A stretch of DNA of 64,000 nt from an uncultured Verrucomicrobiota bacterium (GTDB lineage Bacteria; Verrucomicrobiota; Verrucomicrobiia; Limisphaerales; MWDV01). The stretch covers positions 4,715 through 68,714 of the forward strand of contig CAZJTM010000004.1 of the NCBI GenBank assembly GCA_964548925.1, read 5' to 3'. The notes under the pieces were generated by a model, which made no database searches, was not told the DNA's origin, and worked only from the letters and a program-made list of their open reading frames with translations. Position numbers and translations under genes: made by a program. This document shows positions 36,758 to 45,969 of this stretch, piece after piece; within the stretch, counting starts at the first letter, position 1; every line of letters starts with the position of its first letter.

Positions 36758-37552
36758 TCAGTAACCTCCTTTGCCCAATTGGGCGTCGCATGTTCCGGCA
36801 ACTTGGCCGGCTTTCTCGGCCGCCTCGCGCCGCCGGTATTCGTCCAGCATCGCAGCCGTTGCCGTCGCGCCACAGCGCGAGCCGCCAAGATCGCGCACTT
36901 TGATCAAGCCATCCAGATCGCGCACACCGCCAGCGGCTTTGACCTGCACCTTGGGCGAACAACTCGCGCGCATCAGCGCCAGATCGTGCTCGGTGGCGCC
37001 CTTGTAGTTGTAGCTGCCGTTGGGTTGCTTCACGAATCCATACCCCGACGAAGTTTTCACCCAATCGGCGCCGGCGCGCTCGCTGATCTGGCAGAGCCTT
37101 CGTTTGAAATCGTCGCTGCTCAGGCCGGCGCCGCCCTGGGTCAGGTAATCGTTCTCGAAGATGACCTTCACCTTCGCCCCGTGCCTGTGGGCTTCGTCGC
37201 ACACCGCTTTGATGTCGCGCTCCACGTAATCCCAGTCGCCGCTCAGGGCCTTGCCGATGTTGATCACCATGTCAATCTCAGCTGCGCCATCGCGACAGGC
37301 CAGCTCGGTTTCGTATCGCTTTGCCTCCGTCGTGCTATTGCCGTGCGGAAATCCGATGACCGCGCCGACGAGCACGCCCGTGCCCTTGAGCAACTCGACC
37401 GCCCGTTTCACCTCGTAGGGCTTGATGCAGACCGACGCCACGCCGTATTTCGCGGCGAGCCGGCAACCGTTCTCCAACTCTTGATCCGTCATCGTCGGAT
37501 GCAGGAGCGAGTGGTCAATCATCTTGGCGAGTTGTTCGTAGCTGTATTTCAT
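36758..37552 (-). CDS. deoC: Deoxyribose-phosphate aldolase
   Basis: MKYSYEQLAKMIDHSLLHPTMT..ASVCIKPY..GAVIGFPHGNS..EIDMVINIG..DWVKTSSGYG. These are class I aldolase DeoC motifs, including the Schiff-base Lys context VKTS. Confidence 0.85.
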   Translation of the reverse strand: MKYSYEQLAKMIDHSLLHPTMTDQELENGCRLAAKYGVASVCIKPYEVKRAVELLKGTGVLVGAVIGFPHGNSTTEAKRYETELACRDGAAEIDMVINIGKALSGDWDYVERDIKAVCDEAHRHGAKVKVIFENDYLTQGGAGLSSDDFKRRLCQISERAGADWVKTSSGYGFVKQPNGSYNYKGATEHDLALMRASCSPKVQVKAAGGVRDLDGLIKVRDLGGSRCGATATAAMLDEYRRREAAEKAGQVAGTCDAQLGKGGY

Positions 37553-37881
37553 GGTGCTGGGTTTTACGATTCAACCGCCTGTAAGGGTATGGAGGTCAAC
37601 GGTCGCGCGCAACCTTGATTGGCCATTGGCTAAACGCGTAGCGCCGAAATTGCTGTCGGCGAGTTGGCGTTTGCACCAGTTGGGGGAACCGGCGTTACGG
37701 CTCACGGCTGGCGCAGGCGGAAGAATGTGCGTCGCTCGTTTGGAGCATATCCCTCGGATGCTGTTGGAGTCCCGTTCTGCATTGTGGGGAAACAAACTGC
37801 GCCCTCGAAGTGGGCAAGCCCCGAGCAATTTGATGGCGAATCCGTGAAATCGTTTCCCCCGGGGTCAATCCCGCCAGCCTC

Positions 37882-38421
37882 TCACGACGAACCCGTCCAC
37901 GCCGGCCTGTATCCCAGCACCCTCTGCCAAGCATCCGCATCCACCATGCGCCTTACGATGCGCCAAGCTTGATCGCTGGTGAGCGGCCATTGGTTGTCCT
38001 TCAGAAACTGGTCCACTTGCTGGCGCGTGGGGCGATGGCCAAAGTAACGATCTCCCACATGCGGCGCATCCATTACATCGTAGAGTACCCACTCCTTGGA
38101 GCCGCCCTTGTGTCCCGGCGGATATTTCGGATTCCGGACGGCATGGACCAGCACCCAGCGCCCCTTGCGAAGCTGCAAAACCAGCAGGGCATCATCCACA
38201 TACCACGGCCGGTCATCCTCGCGTGAAACGAACGCCAGCAGCGTGGCGGCTTGCAGCCCATCGTAACGGTGAAGATCTTGGGCCTGGAGAATGGCTGCGG
38301 CGTTTACGTCATTTGTGATTACGGCTGCCCCCGGACTGCCACTCACGAGCCCGAAGAGGCACATGGAAGTCAGAACAGCACGCAGCGGGTTCTGCAGGCG
38401 GCGAGGCTTGAGGATGCTCAT
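37882..38421 (-). CDS. Hypothetical secreted protein
   Basis: From the ATG at 38421 the protein reads MSILKPRRLQNPLRAVLTSMCLFGLVSGSPGAA (signal-like). I recognise no family. The frame ends at a TGA (37882-37884) and continues in-frame for 59 further codons (see findings). Confidence 0.55.
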   Translation of the reverse strand: MSILKPRRLQNPLRAVLTSMCLFGLVSGSPGAAVITNDVNAAAILQAQDLHRYDGLQAATLLAFVSREDDRPWYVDDALLVLQLRKGRWVLVHAVRNPKYPPGHKGGSKEWVLYDVMDAPHVGDRYFGHRPTRQQVDQFLKDNQWPLTSDQAWRIVRRMVDADAWQRVLGYRPAWTGSS

Positions 38422-38671
38422 AAAATCGCCGTTACGGTCGTGTTGACCGGGCCGTTGCACAAGCCCTTTCGACGTGGGCGGAGGTTGCCGGAAAACGAAC
38501 AAGCGCCAGCGCAGTGACACGAGGACTTGGGTGGAGACGGCGAACCGAGGTAACGCCAAGACGCCAAGACGCAGGGAAGGAAGGCCTGCTTTGTGGAGTT
38601 GCGTAACACCGACATTTCTGTCGGCTTGATCCGTCTTCCCGACCGGCTGGTTGGAAAACCGGCTTTACGGC

Positions 38672-40303
38672 TCACGGCTGGCGGAGGCGGAAGAAACCAG
38701 CGGCGTTGGTTGCGTCCACCGTAATCACGTTCTGGCCGTTGATCTCCGTGGGCGTCAGGTTGGAATCCTGCCAGTCACCCCCGTTGGCCAGCGTGGTGGC
38801 GGATTGGAGGACGAAAGCGGTGGCGCTGGTGGACCACACGAGGCTCAATCTCGAACCGGCCTGAATTGTCGAGATGAGCGGCGGGATTTCGCGGTATGCG
38901 ACCGTGGTGACGCGCGTATTCGGGGAACCGGAAGTCGGGAAGGCAACCACAACCAGGCCGTCCACGCCCAGCGCAAGGCTGACCGAGCTCTTAGGATAAG
39001 GTGCCCCGCCCCCCTCCATCGCCCCAGCGTAGCGCTTCTCCCAGAGGATCGCACCAGTCTCCGCCGCATACTTGGCCGTGTAACACTCCGCAGTTCCATC
39101 GCTTTTGGAAGACAAACCAGCAATCACGACGTTGCCGTCAGCATCAATGGCGACAACCTCCGCCCGATCATTGCTGTTGCCAGGGCCATTGTATCGCCGC
39201 TCCCAGATCAGACTGCCGTCCGTGCCCGCGTAACTCACGGTGTACATGTCCCGGTGGTTGCCGTCATCCGTCCCGCCGACAACTACGACGTTGTCCCGAT
39301 GATCCACCCCGATACCCATGGCCTGATCCTCGCCGCGCCTGGAACCATTGCCGTTGATTGGGCCGTCGTAACGGCGTTCCCACAAAAGCTCCCCGTTAGT
39401 TGAGGCATACTTGGCGGTGTAGTAGTCGTAGTTGGTGCCGTTGTGGGAATACCCGGTCACCAAAACATTTCCGAAGCGGTCTCCGGACACCGCGCTGGCA
39501 TAATCAATTCTGCTGGATGGCCCATCGTAGCTCTGCTCCCATAGAACACTGCCGTCGGTGCCAGAGTATTTCGCGGTGTAGTAGTCGAGCGACGACGACG
39601 GCGTAAAGGATTGGCCAGTCACGACCGCATTTCCGAAGAAATCCAACCACAATCCAGTCGCTCCATCCAAGCCCGACCCTGCCGGACCATTGTAGCGCTG
39701 TTCCCAAATCTGCTCGCCAGTGGTTGAGGCGTATTTAGTCGTGTAGAAATCGCCAACGGAGGTTCCACTCACAATGACATTGCCGCTGCCATCCAAGGCC
39801 ACCGCGACAGGAGTGTCGGACGATGCACCCACGACCGTGCCGCCATTGAACCGCCGCTCCCAGAGGATCGCGCCATTGGTTCCGGAGTACTTGGCGGTGT
39901 AATAGTCATAATCGTAACTGTAGATCGCGTTATACGACTTGCCCGTCACGACGATATCGCCGTTGGCATCCACCGCCAGGCCTGCGGGAACGTCCCAACT
40001 GTTCCCGGCCGGTCCCGGGCCGTTGTAGTAGCGCTGCCACAGCACCGCCCCGTTGGTTCGTGAGTATTTCACCACCTGCATGTCGCAGCCCGCCGCACTG
40101 TATCGAGCCGAAGTGGCCAGAATGACGTTGCCAAGCGCGTCACACACGATCCTGGGCTGTTCAATTCCGTAGGGCGTGCCGGTGTTCCAATGTTGCACCC
40201 ACGCCTCCGTCACTGCGGCTTGGGTGCTATGGGTGGCCAAAGTCAGCGCGAGCACAAACGTTGAAGGCGCAATTCGACGCGGGACAAGTAGGAAAGGCTT
40301 CAT
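38672..40303 (-). CDS. SBBP-type beta-propeller repeat protein, secreted
   Basis: Signal peptide MKPFLLVPRRIAPSTFVLALTLATHSTQA. Seven repeats of the type YYTAKYSGTNGAILWERRYNGP...D.A.A.A.D..GNVVVTG match the PF06739-like SBBP pattern. The C-terminus is ..LSLVWSTSATAFVLQSATTL...GFFRLRQP. Confidence 0.8.
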   Translation of the reverse strand: MKPFLLVPRRIAPSTFVLALTLATHSTQAAVTEAWVQHWNTGTPYGIEQPRIVCDALGNVILATSARYSAAGCDMQVVKYSRTNGAVLWQRYYNGPGPAGNSWDVPAGLAVDANGDIVVTGKSYNAIYSYDYDYYTAKYSGTNGAILWERRFNGGTVVGASSDTPVAVALDGSGNVIVSGTSVGDFYTTKYASTTGEQIWEQRYNGPAGSGLDGATGLWLDFFGNAVVTGQSFTPSSSLDYYTAKYSGTDGSVLWEQSYDGPSSRIDYASAVSGDRFGNVLVTGYSHNGTNYDYYTAKYASTNGELLWERRYDGPINGNGSRRGEDQAMGIGVDHRDNVVVVGGTDDGNHRDMYTVSYAGTDGSLIWERRYNGPGNSNDRAEVVAIDADGNVVIAGLSSKSDGTAECYTAKYAAETGAILWEKRYAGAMEGGGAPYPKSSVSLALGVDGLVVVAFPTSGSPNTRVTTVAYREIPPLISTIQAGSRLSLVWSTSATAFVLQSATTLANGGDWQDSNLTPTEINGQNVITVDATNAAGFFRLRQP

Positions 40304-40348
40304 GCGTAACCGGGGGAATCCGAGGGTTGGAATGAAAGGCGACTTTGA

Positions 40349-41506
40349 TCAAGGTGCAGGCAGGATGCGCACCACGCCGTGATTCACGCCATCTGTGGCC
40401 GGCGCCTGACCACCGATGAACAGGTTGCCGATGGCGTCAGCCGCCGCGGCGCGGGGAGTGCCGGCGCTGGACAGGAGAGGCACGTCGTCGCTCGTGACCC
40501 AAGTTGTGCCGCCATTGAGGCTGACGCGGGTGATCCAGCGTGAGACTCCGTTCACGGAGACATACCCAGTGGCAAACACGCGCCCGTAGGCATCCACGGT
40601 GACGGCTCGCCCCGTGTTGAAACTGCCCGGCGCGAAATCATCCACGACGGTCCAGGTCTGGCCGCCATTGACGCTCCGGCGCGTGATCCAGTGCGCCACC
40701 GCCGGCTTGTTCTTGCCGGGCGAGATGATGGCGACACCGGTCGCGAGGAGGTTGCCGTTGGCGTCGGCAGTCATGCCGTAGGGAAAGTTTCCGGTGCTGC
40801 CGGAGTAATAGGTGTCCACCGTGTTCCAGGTCTGTCCGCCGTCAGTGCTGCGCCGCACGATCCAGGAGGTGTTGCCGTACCGACCCGCAGCGAAAACTCC
40901 GGCGGGCGTGGCGGCCATAGCCCAGACACTGGAGGCTCCAGATGGGGAAACCAAATCCTGCACTGTGGCCCAAGTAGCGCCGCCATCGAGACTGCGCCGG
41001 ATGGAGAAGTGCCACCGGTTGTTGGTATCAATGATGTATCCACCCAAGAACACCCGGCCCGCGACGTCTTCGACAACGGCGAGCGGGCTTCCCCCTCCCG
41101 CCCAGGCGTTCCCAACCGTCCAGGAGGTTCCGCCATCTTCAGAAACTGCGGTGACCCAACAGCTGACGAGACCTGGACCCGCGGCATGGACGCGGCCTGA
41201 CGGACCAATGGTTACGGCCGCGAACTGCGCGATGCCCGATACGTCCAGGACAGTAACCCAGCTCTGGCCGGCATCGAGGCTTCGGCGGACGAACCCGTGG
41301 CGAACACCGGAAGCATCGTCGGCCCCGCCGGAGGAGAACACGACGCCGTTGTCCACGGCGGCCATGCCGCTCACGCCGGCGACCTTGCCGGGGGCGAGTT
41401 GGAAACCATCCACCGTTTGCCAGGTGGACTGGGCGAAGGCGGAGGTGATTGACGCAATAAAAAGGACGGCGCCGAGGGCGAGGAATTGAGGGGGGTTGAC
41501 TTTCAT
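40349..41506 (-). CDS. BNR/Asp-box repeat (sialidase-fold-like) beta-propeller protein, secreted
   Basis: Signal peptide MKVNPPQFLALGAVLFIASITSAFA. Six Asp-box-like motifs are present: SLDAGQSW, SEDGGTSW, SLDGGATW, STDGGQTW, SVNGGQTW and SLNGGTTW. Confidence 0.8.
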   Translation of the reverse strand: MKVNPPQFLALGAVLFIASITSAFAQSTWQTVDGFQLAPGKVAGVSGMAAVDNGVVFSSGGADDASGVRHGFVRRSLDAGQSWVTVLDVSGIAQFAAVTIGPSGRVHAAGPGLVSCWVTAVSEDGGTSWTVGNAWAGGGSPLAVVEDVAGRVFLGGYIIDTNNRWHFSIRRSLDGGATWATVQDLVSPSGASSVWAMAATPAGVFAAGRYGNTSWIVRRSTDGGQTWNTVDTYYSGSTGNFPYGMTADANGNLLATGVAIISPGKNKPAVAHWITRRSVNGGQTWTVVDDFAPGSFNTGRAVTVDAYGRVFATGYVSVNGVSRWITRVSLNGGTTWVTSDDVPLLSSAGTPRAAAADAIGNLFIGGQAPATDGVNHGVVRILPAP

Positions 41507-41670
41507 AACGCTGGCGGGTTGGGTTCGGTTGTTGGTTGTTCGTGTTCTACATCAGCCATGATCACGAGCAATTCATCGCGGAGGTACAGAGGGTTTTTAC
41601 AAAAATCCGATAAAAGAATTTGTGGAGGAACTACCGTTTGAGCAAACGGGGGTGATCGAAAACGCCCGCG

Positions 41671-44600
41671 TTACTCGAACAATTCCGGTGCCCTTTGGCG
41701 CAATGAGTGCGCAAGGTCCGCAAGTTCCTGGGCCTGGAGGGGCAGGAGCGCACCGCCTGGACTCAACCGCCGTCCCGAGAGAAGCCTGGCGTAGTCCGCG
41801 ATCACATCCACCGGAAGTGTCGTCGGCTTCAAATCCCAAGCACGCAGCAGGTTCGGATCACTGGCGGTGATGAGCCGGCTTTCCGCCGTGATGCACACCC
41901 AGCGGACATCGCCGGTGTGCCGCAGCAAAGGCGTGACCTGCTCCGCGGTGGCGGCATCCCAGACACGGGCGATTCCGTCATCGCTGCGGGTGGCGATGAA
42001 ACGGCCGTCAGCGCTCCAGCGTGCCAGGCGCGCCGAACGCTCGCTGGTTCGCATCGGGGCGAGCTGCATCCCGCCGCTGACGGCATCCCACAGTTTGACG
42101 TCGAAAGAGAGACCGGCTGTGAGGAGCCGTTTCCCGTCCGGGCTCCAATCGAGATCCAGCAAGGCGGCCCCATGTTTGAAGTGAAGGTCCGGCGCGTCTT
42201 TCGCTTCCCAATCCACGACGCGTCCGATCTGTCCCTGCGTGACAAAGGCGAGCCGGCTTCCATCCGGCGAGAAGCCAATCTTGTTGACCGCTCCCCACTG
42301 AAATGGGTTAAAAGCGCGGCCAATCCATTCGCCTTTGAACGGGTCGAAAAGCTGGAGGTGGGAACGAGGTGGGCCAACGGTTCCGGCTGGTGCTCGATCG
42401 TTTGCCATGAGCAGGATTGAGCCCGTGCGGGGTTGGAAGATCGAGCTATCGCCCTGAGTTGCGAGAGGATCCCAAGGAGCGTAATTCGCGGGCGTGGCAA
42501 GTGTTTGTTCCAGTGAGCCATCACTGGTGTTCCAGACTCGGATGTTTTGGTCCTCGGAGAATGTCAATAGCCGGGATCCCTCGCTGACGAAGGCGAGTGC
42601 TGAAACGTGGCTGGGATGGGCAAGGGTAAAATGTTTGGATTCCCCAGCGGCTTTGTTCCAGAGAACGACCGTACATGGATACTCGGGTTGGCCGGTCCCC
42701 TCAACGATCGCCCAGAGCTGGCGATTGTGATTGGCGGTCCATCCGAAAAGTTTGCCCCCCGGACTCTCTGGTCCCAAGACCCCTTCTTCGCGCAAGCTGG
42801 CCGGATTCACCAGATGCACCCGCTGGTCTGCAAGCGGAATCGAAATGGGGCCCGGAGAGCGGGCGTCGGCGATCCGATCCCAAAAGCCGGTGCGGTTGGT
42901 GATGAAACTGGCGGCGAGAGCCACGCGCGCCGACTCTGTCCGGCAATGGAGTGACCACAGTTTTGCGGTACCGTCCTCGCTGGTCGTCAGCAGCCGGGTT
43001 CCGTCGCGATCATAACTCACAGACTCCACATAACCGCTGTTCGGGAGCGCCGGCGTTTGGGGCTCACCGGTATCGAGATTCCAAATGAACGCGCGGCCGC
43101 TATCGTCGCCGCCGGCGAAGCTGAACCCGTCTGGGCTGAAAGCCCAGCTACGCGGGCTTCCTGCCGGGCGTTTAATGGACACGGCCTGCCCGTGGGTTTC
43201 GGGATCCAAGAAGAGACATTTCAGGAGATCGCCTACAATCAGTCGCTCCCTTCTCTGAGGACCGAGCGCCAGCGTCCAGAGCGCATTTGAGACGACGATA
43301 GGCGGGCCGAGCTCGCGTCCGTCGCTTACGCTCCACGTCCGAATCGCGCTCACCTCGGAATCTCCGGCGGGCTCTTCAGACGAGGCGACGAGCAAACCAT
43401 TCGAACTGACAACGAGCCGCTCGACGCCCCGGTTGTGATGAAGCGGCGGACCAGCGGACTCGCCCGAGGGCATTCGCCAGGTTCGAACTGTCCGGTCAAG
43501 ACTCGCCGAGGCGAGCAGGCTGCCATCGATGCTAAACGCCAGCATGTTGATCTGGCTGGAATGCCCCTTCAAAGTCGCCGCCCGCCGTCCGGTGCCGACC
43601 TCATAGACTTCCACCACATGGTTCGTTCGCGCGACCGCCAGCCATTGGTCATCGGGGCTGAAGACGGCGGTGACCGCGTTGCTGATGGCGGGATAAACCG
43701 GCTGCCCGGTTGCTACGTCCAAAACCACCGCACCACCTCGGCCCTGCGCGCTTGGTGCTGGGTAGGCCTCATCGGAGAATGACCGTACTAGTAATCGCAG
43801 CCCGTCACGGGAGAATCGAAGTCGCCTTGCGCCAATGGCCAGCTTCATGGCTTCGCCACGCGCGGATCCGTCATGGGCGTTCCAGAGGCGGACCTCCCAT
43901 TGACCTCCCAAATCGGTCGGTCGCCGGCTGGCCGTTGCCACGAGGGCTCCATCAGGACTCATAGCGCCGGAAAACACCGCGCCCTCATGCGGCATCACCA
44001 TCAACTGACGTGGCATCTGTTCCAGCACCTGCTGGATCCGGATGCGGTGAATGGCTTCTTCCGCAGGACGATTCGTCACCAGGGACAGCGCGTTCGCAAA
44101 CCAGAGTAACGCTCCGGAATGATCGTCCTGATCCAACAGCCGCACGCCGTTTGCCACCCGCAGGCGGACAAGTTGTTCGCGTTGTTCCTCAGCCAAGCTG
44201 CTTTTCTCTTCCGTGAGTCGTGACTTCTCGGCTGCCAGCTCGCGCACGGCCCGCGTTTGTTTCACCTGCCACCACCAACCGACAGCAATAACCGCCGCGA
44301 GTGCGGTGACAAGTGCCCCGGCCCTTTGCACGAAGCGCAGTTGCCCGGCGAGTTTGCGCTGGCGGCGCACCGAGCCGCCGCTGTGCAAGAGCGCGAGGTC
44401 GGCGTGCATTTCCTCGGCGGTGGCGTAGCGCTTCCGGGCATCGGGCGCGCAGGCGCGGAGCAGCACGGCGTTGAGTTCCATCAGGGCGATGGACTCGCGG
44501 TCGGTGCCGATTTGGGTGAACGGCTCGGGGAATTCGTGGCGGTCCTTCCCCATCGCGGCTTCGTAAAGGACCTTGCCCAGCGCGTAGAGATCGGCCTGGG

Positions 44601-45354
44601 GCGAAGTCGGGCCTTCGGGCGGAACGAAGCCTTCCGTGCCCACGAAGGTGTTCGCGCCCTGCGCTTCGGTGACGAGGCCGATGTCGGCCAGCTTGGGCAC
44701 GCCGCCGACGTAGATGATGTTCGACGGCTTCACGTCGCGATGGATGAGGCCGTGCCGGTGCAGATGGCCGAGGGCGAGCGTGAGGGTGAGGCCGAGTTGG
44801 AGGCAGTCGTCGAGCGGGAGGCGGCCGTGTTGGTGGAGGTCGCGGGCGAGGGTGCGGGGTTGATACAAATCCGAATTCCGAAGCTCGAAATTCGAAGGAA
44901 GCCCAAAGGTCGAAGGCCGAACTTCCGCACCCGCCGAGGTTTCATCGGATTTCTGGCTTCGGATTCCGTTCGGGTTTCGAATTTCGGGTTTCGAATTTCC
45001 GACGCAGTCGGCGAGTTCCATCACGTAATAAAACCAGCCGCCGGCGTCGTCGCGGCCGACTTGGAGGACGTCCACGAAGCCTTCGTTGCTGCGGGAGAGC
45101 GGTTCGAAGCGGCGGATGCCGGCGAACTCGCGTTCGTAGGGGCGCGCGTCCTTGAAGTTGTCGCGATAGACGATCTTGACGGCGCGCCAGGTGCCGAGGG
45201 CATTGCGCGCCAGCCAGACTTCGCCGTAAGCGCCCTGACCGATGCGGCGGACGAGTTCGTGATCGGGAATCTGCGGCGGCGCATCGCGCACCGTTTGTAG
45301 CGGCGGGCCGGACAGGCCGAGCTTGGCTTCAATGTTGTCGCGCGGGGCGCTCAT
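41671..45354 (-). CDS. Ser/Thr protein kinase with transmembrane helix, coiled coil and C-terminal WD40 repeats
   Basis: Kinase motifs are IGQGAYGEVWLA, AVK, HRDVKPSNII, DIGL and GTEGFVPPE. The TM helix is ALVTALAAVIAVGWWW. Many WD40-like units follow (..VRLWNAHDG.., ..VRTWRMPSG.., ..AKLWSL.., ..IRVWNTSDG.., ..VKLWDAVSG.., ..ARVWDAATA.., ..LRAWDL..). Preferred start is the ATG at 45354. The listed start at 45393 is a TTG. Confidence 0.9.
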   Translation of the reverse strand: MSAPRDNIEAKLGLSGPPLQTVRDAPPQIPDHELVRRIGQGAYGEVWLARNALGTWRAVKIVYRDNFKDARPYEREFAGIRRFEPLSRSNEGFVDVLQVGRDDAGGWFYYVMELADCVGNSKPEIRNPNGIRSQKSDETSAGAEVRPSTFGLPSNFELRNSDLYQPRTLARDLHQHGRLPLDDCLQLGLTLTLALGHLHRHGLIHRDVKPSNIIYVGGVPKLADIGLVTEAQGANTFVGTEGFVPPEGPTSPQADLYALGKVLYEAAMGKDRHEFPEPFTQIGTDRESIALMELNAVLLRACAPDARKRYATAEEMHADLALLHSGGSVRRQRKLAGQLRFVQRAGALVTALAAVIAVGWWWQVKQTRAVRELAAEKSRLTEEKSSLAEEQREQLVRLRVANGVRLLDQDDHSGALLWFANALSLVTNRPAEEAIHRIRIQQVLEQMPRQLMVMPHEGAVFSGAMSPDGALVATASRRPTDLGGQWEVRLWNAHDGSARGEAMKLAIGARRLRFSRDGLRLLVRSFSDEAYPAPSAQGRGGAVVLDVATGQPVYPAISNAVTAVFSPDDQWLAVARTNHVVEVYEVGTGRRAATLKGHSSQINMLAFSIDGSLLASASLDRTVRTWRMPSGESAGPPLHHNRGVERLVVSSNGLLVASSEEPAGDSEVSAIRTWSVSDGRELGPPIVVSNALWTLALGPQRRERLIVGDLLKCLFLDPETHGQAVSIKRPAGSPRSWAFSPDGFSFAGGDDSGRAFIWNLDTGEPQTPALPNSGYVESVSYDRDGTRLLTTSEDGTAKLWSLHCRTESARVALAASFITNRTGFWDRIADARSPGPISIPLADQRVHLVNPASLREEGVLGPESPGGKLFGWTANHNRQLWAIVEGTGQPEYPCTVVLWNKAAGESKHFTLAHPSHVSALAFVSEGSRLLTFSEDQNIRVWNTSDGSLEQTLATPANYAPWDPLATQGDSSIFQPRTGSILLMANDRAPAGTVGPPRSHLQLFDPFKGEWIGRAFNPFQWGAVNKIGFSPDGSRLAFVTQGQIGRVVDWEAKDAPDLHFKHGAALLDLDWSPDGKRLLTAGLSFDVKLWDAVSGGMQLAPMRTSERSARLARWSADGRFIATRSDDGIARVWDAATAEQVTPLLRHTGDVRWVCITAESRLITASDPNLLRAWDLKPTTLPVDVIADYARLLSGRRLSPGGALLPLQAQELADLAHSLRQRAPELFE
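44860..45006 (-). repeat. In-frame ~49-codon low-complexity insert built from degenerate CGGATTT/CGAATTT-type heptamers inside the kinase catalytic domain
   Basis: The DNA contains tttcgaatttcgggtttcgaatttccg, gcttcggattccg and, in the opposite orientation, aaatccgaattccgaagctcgaaattcgaa. It encodes CVGNSKPEIRNPNGIRSQKSDETSAGAEVRPSTFGLPSNFELRNSDLYQ, between YYVMELAD and PRTLARDL. Confidence 0.65.
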
Positions 45355-45432
45355 GGGCGAGGGGCAGCTTCCCGTTTTGGAGTGCGCCGGCAAAGCCCAG
45401 CGGTGACGGCGCTTTAGCTGGATGCACGCAGG

Positions 45433-45603
45433 AGATTCTTAGCGCAAAGGCGCAAAGGTGCAACGACGCAAGGAAAACGAACCGGGCGGCCGGCAAACAG
45501 GGCGTCACTGTTTGATCTCGGCGCGTTGCTTCTGTTATCCCGCAAGTTTCGCGGCCCCGGCTTTGCGCCTTTGCCTCTTTGCGCCTTTGCGTTGAATTCC
45601 GAC
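45433..45603. repeat. ~170-bp element with ~40-bp terminal inverted repeats made of tandem RCGCAAAG octamers (copy 1)
   Basis: The left arm is gagattcttagcgcaaaggcgcaaaggtgcaacgacgcaagg. The right arm is ctttgcgcctttgcctctttgcgcctttgcgttgaattccgac, an imperfect reverse complement of the left arm. Confidence 0.7.
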
Positions 45604-45969
45604 CGCATCGTTCCGGTTTGAAGCTTACATCGGCCGGACGTTCAGCAAGCCAAAGCGGTGTCGCGCTTCGCTTGCCACCGCAGACCAAGAGCTTCGCTTC
45701 AACTGCACCACGGTTTGGGAATCGTTTCATGCCATTCCGGTTTCCGTTGCCGTCAATCGTGCGTGGGCGTAGAGGACACCCAAGAGCCTTTGCCGGACGG
45801 TGCTCGTTCCCAGGCGCGGGGCGACGCGGTATTTGCGGTAGATGATGCGGCCGGGCGGAGCGGCTTGGGCGGCCGCGCACCAAAAGCGCCGCCAGCGCTC
45901 TCGCAGCCGGGCGAAGCTCCGCCGGTAGGGTTGTGCCGCGCCGGGGTTCGCAGCCGTAACGGTGCGGTA

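Noticed and set aside
41634-41652. Palindrome ccgtttg-ag-caaacgg just downstream of the kinase stop, considered as an intrinsic terminator.
   Set aside because: The 2-nt loop is too short for a stable hairpin as written, and opening it leaves only about 5 bp. The following T-rich stretch is interrupted. The support is insufficient.
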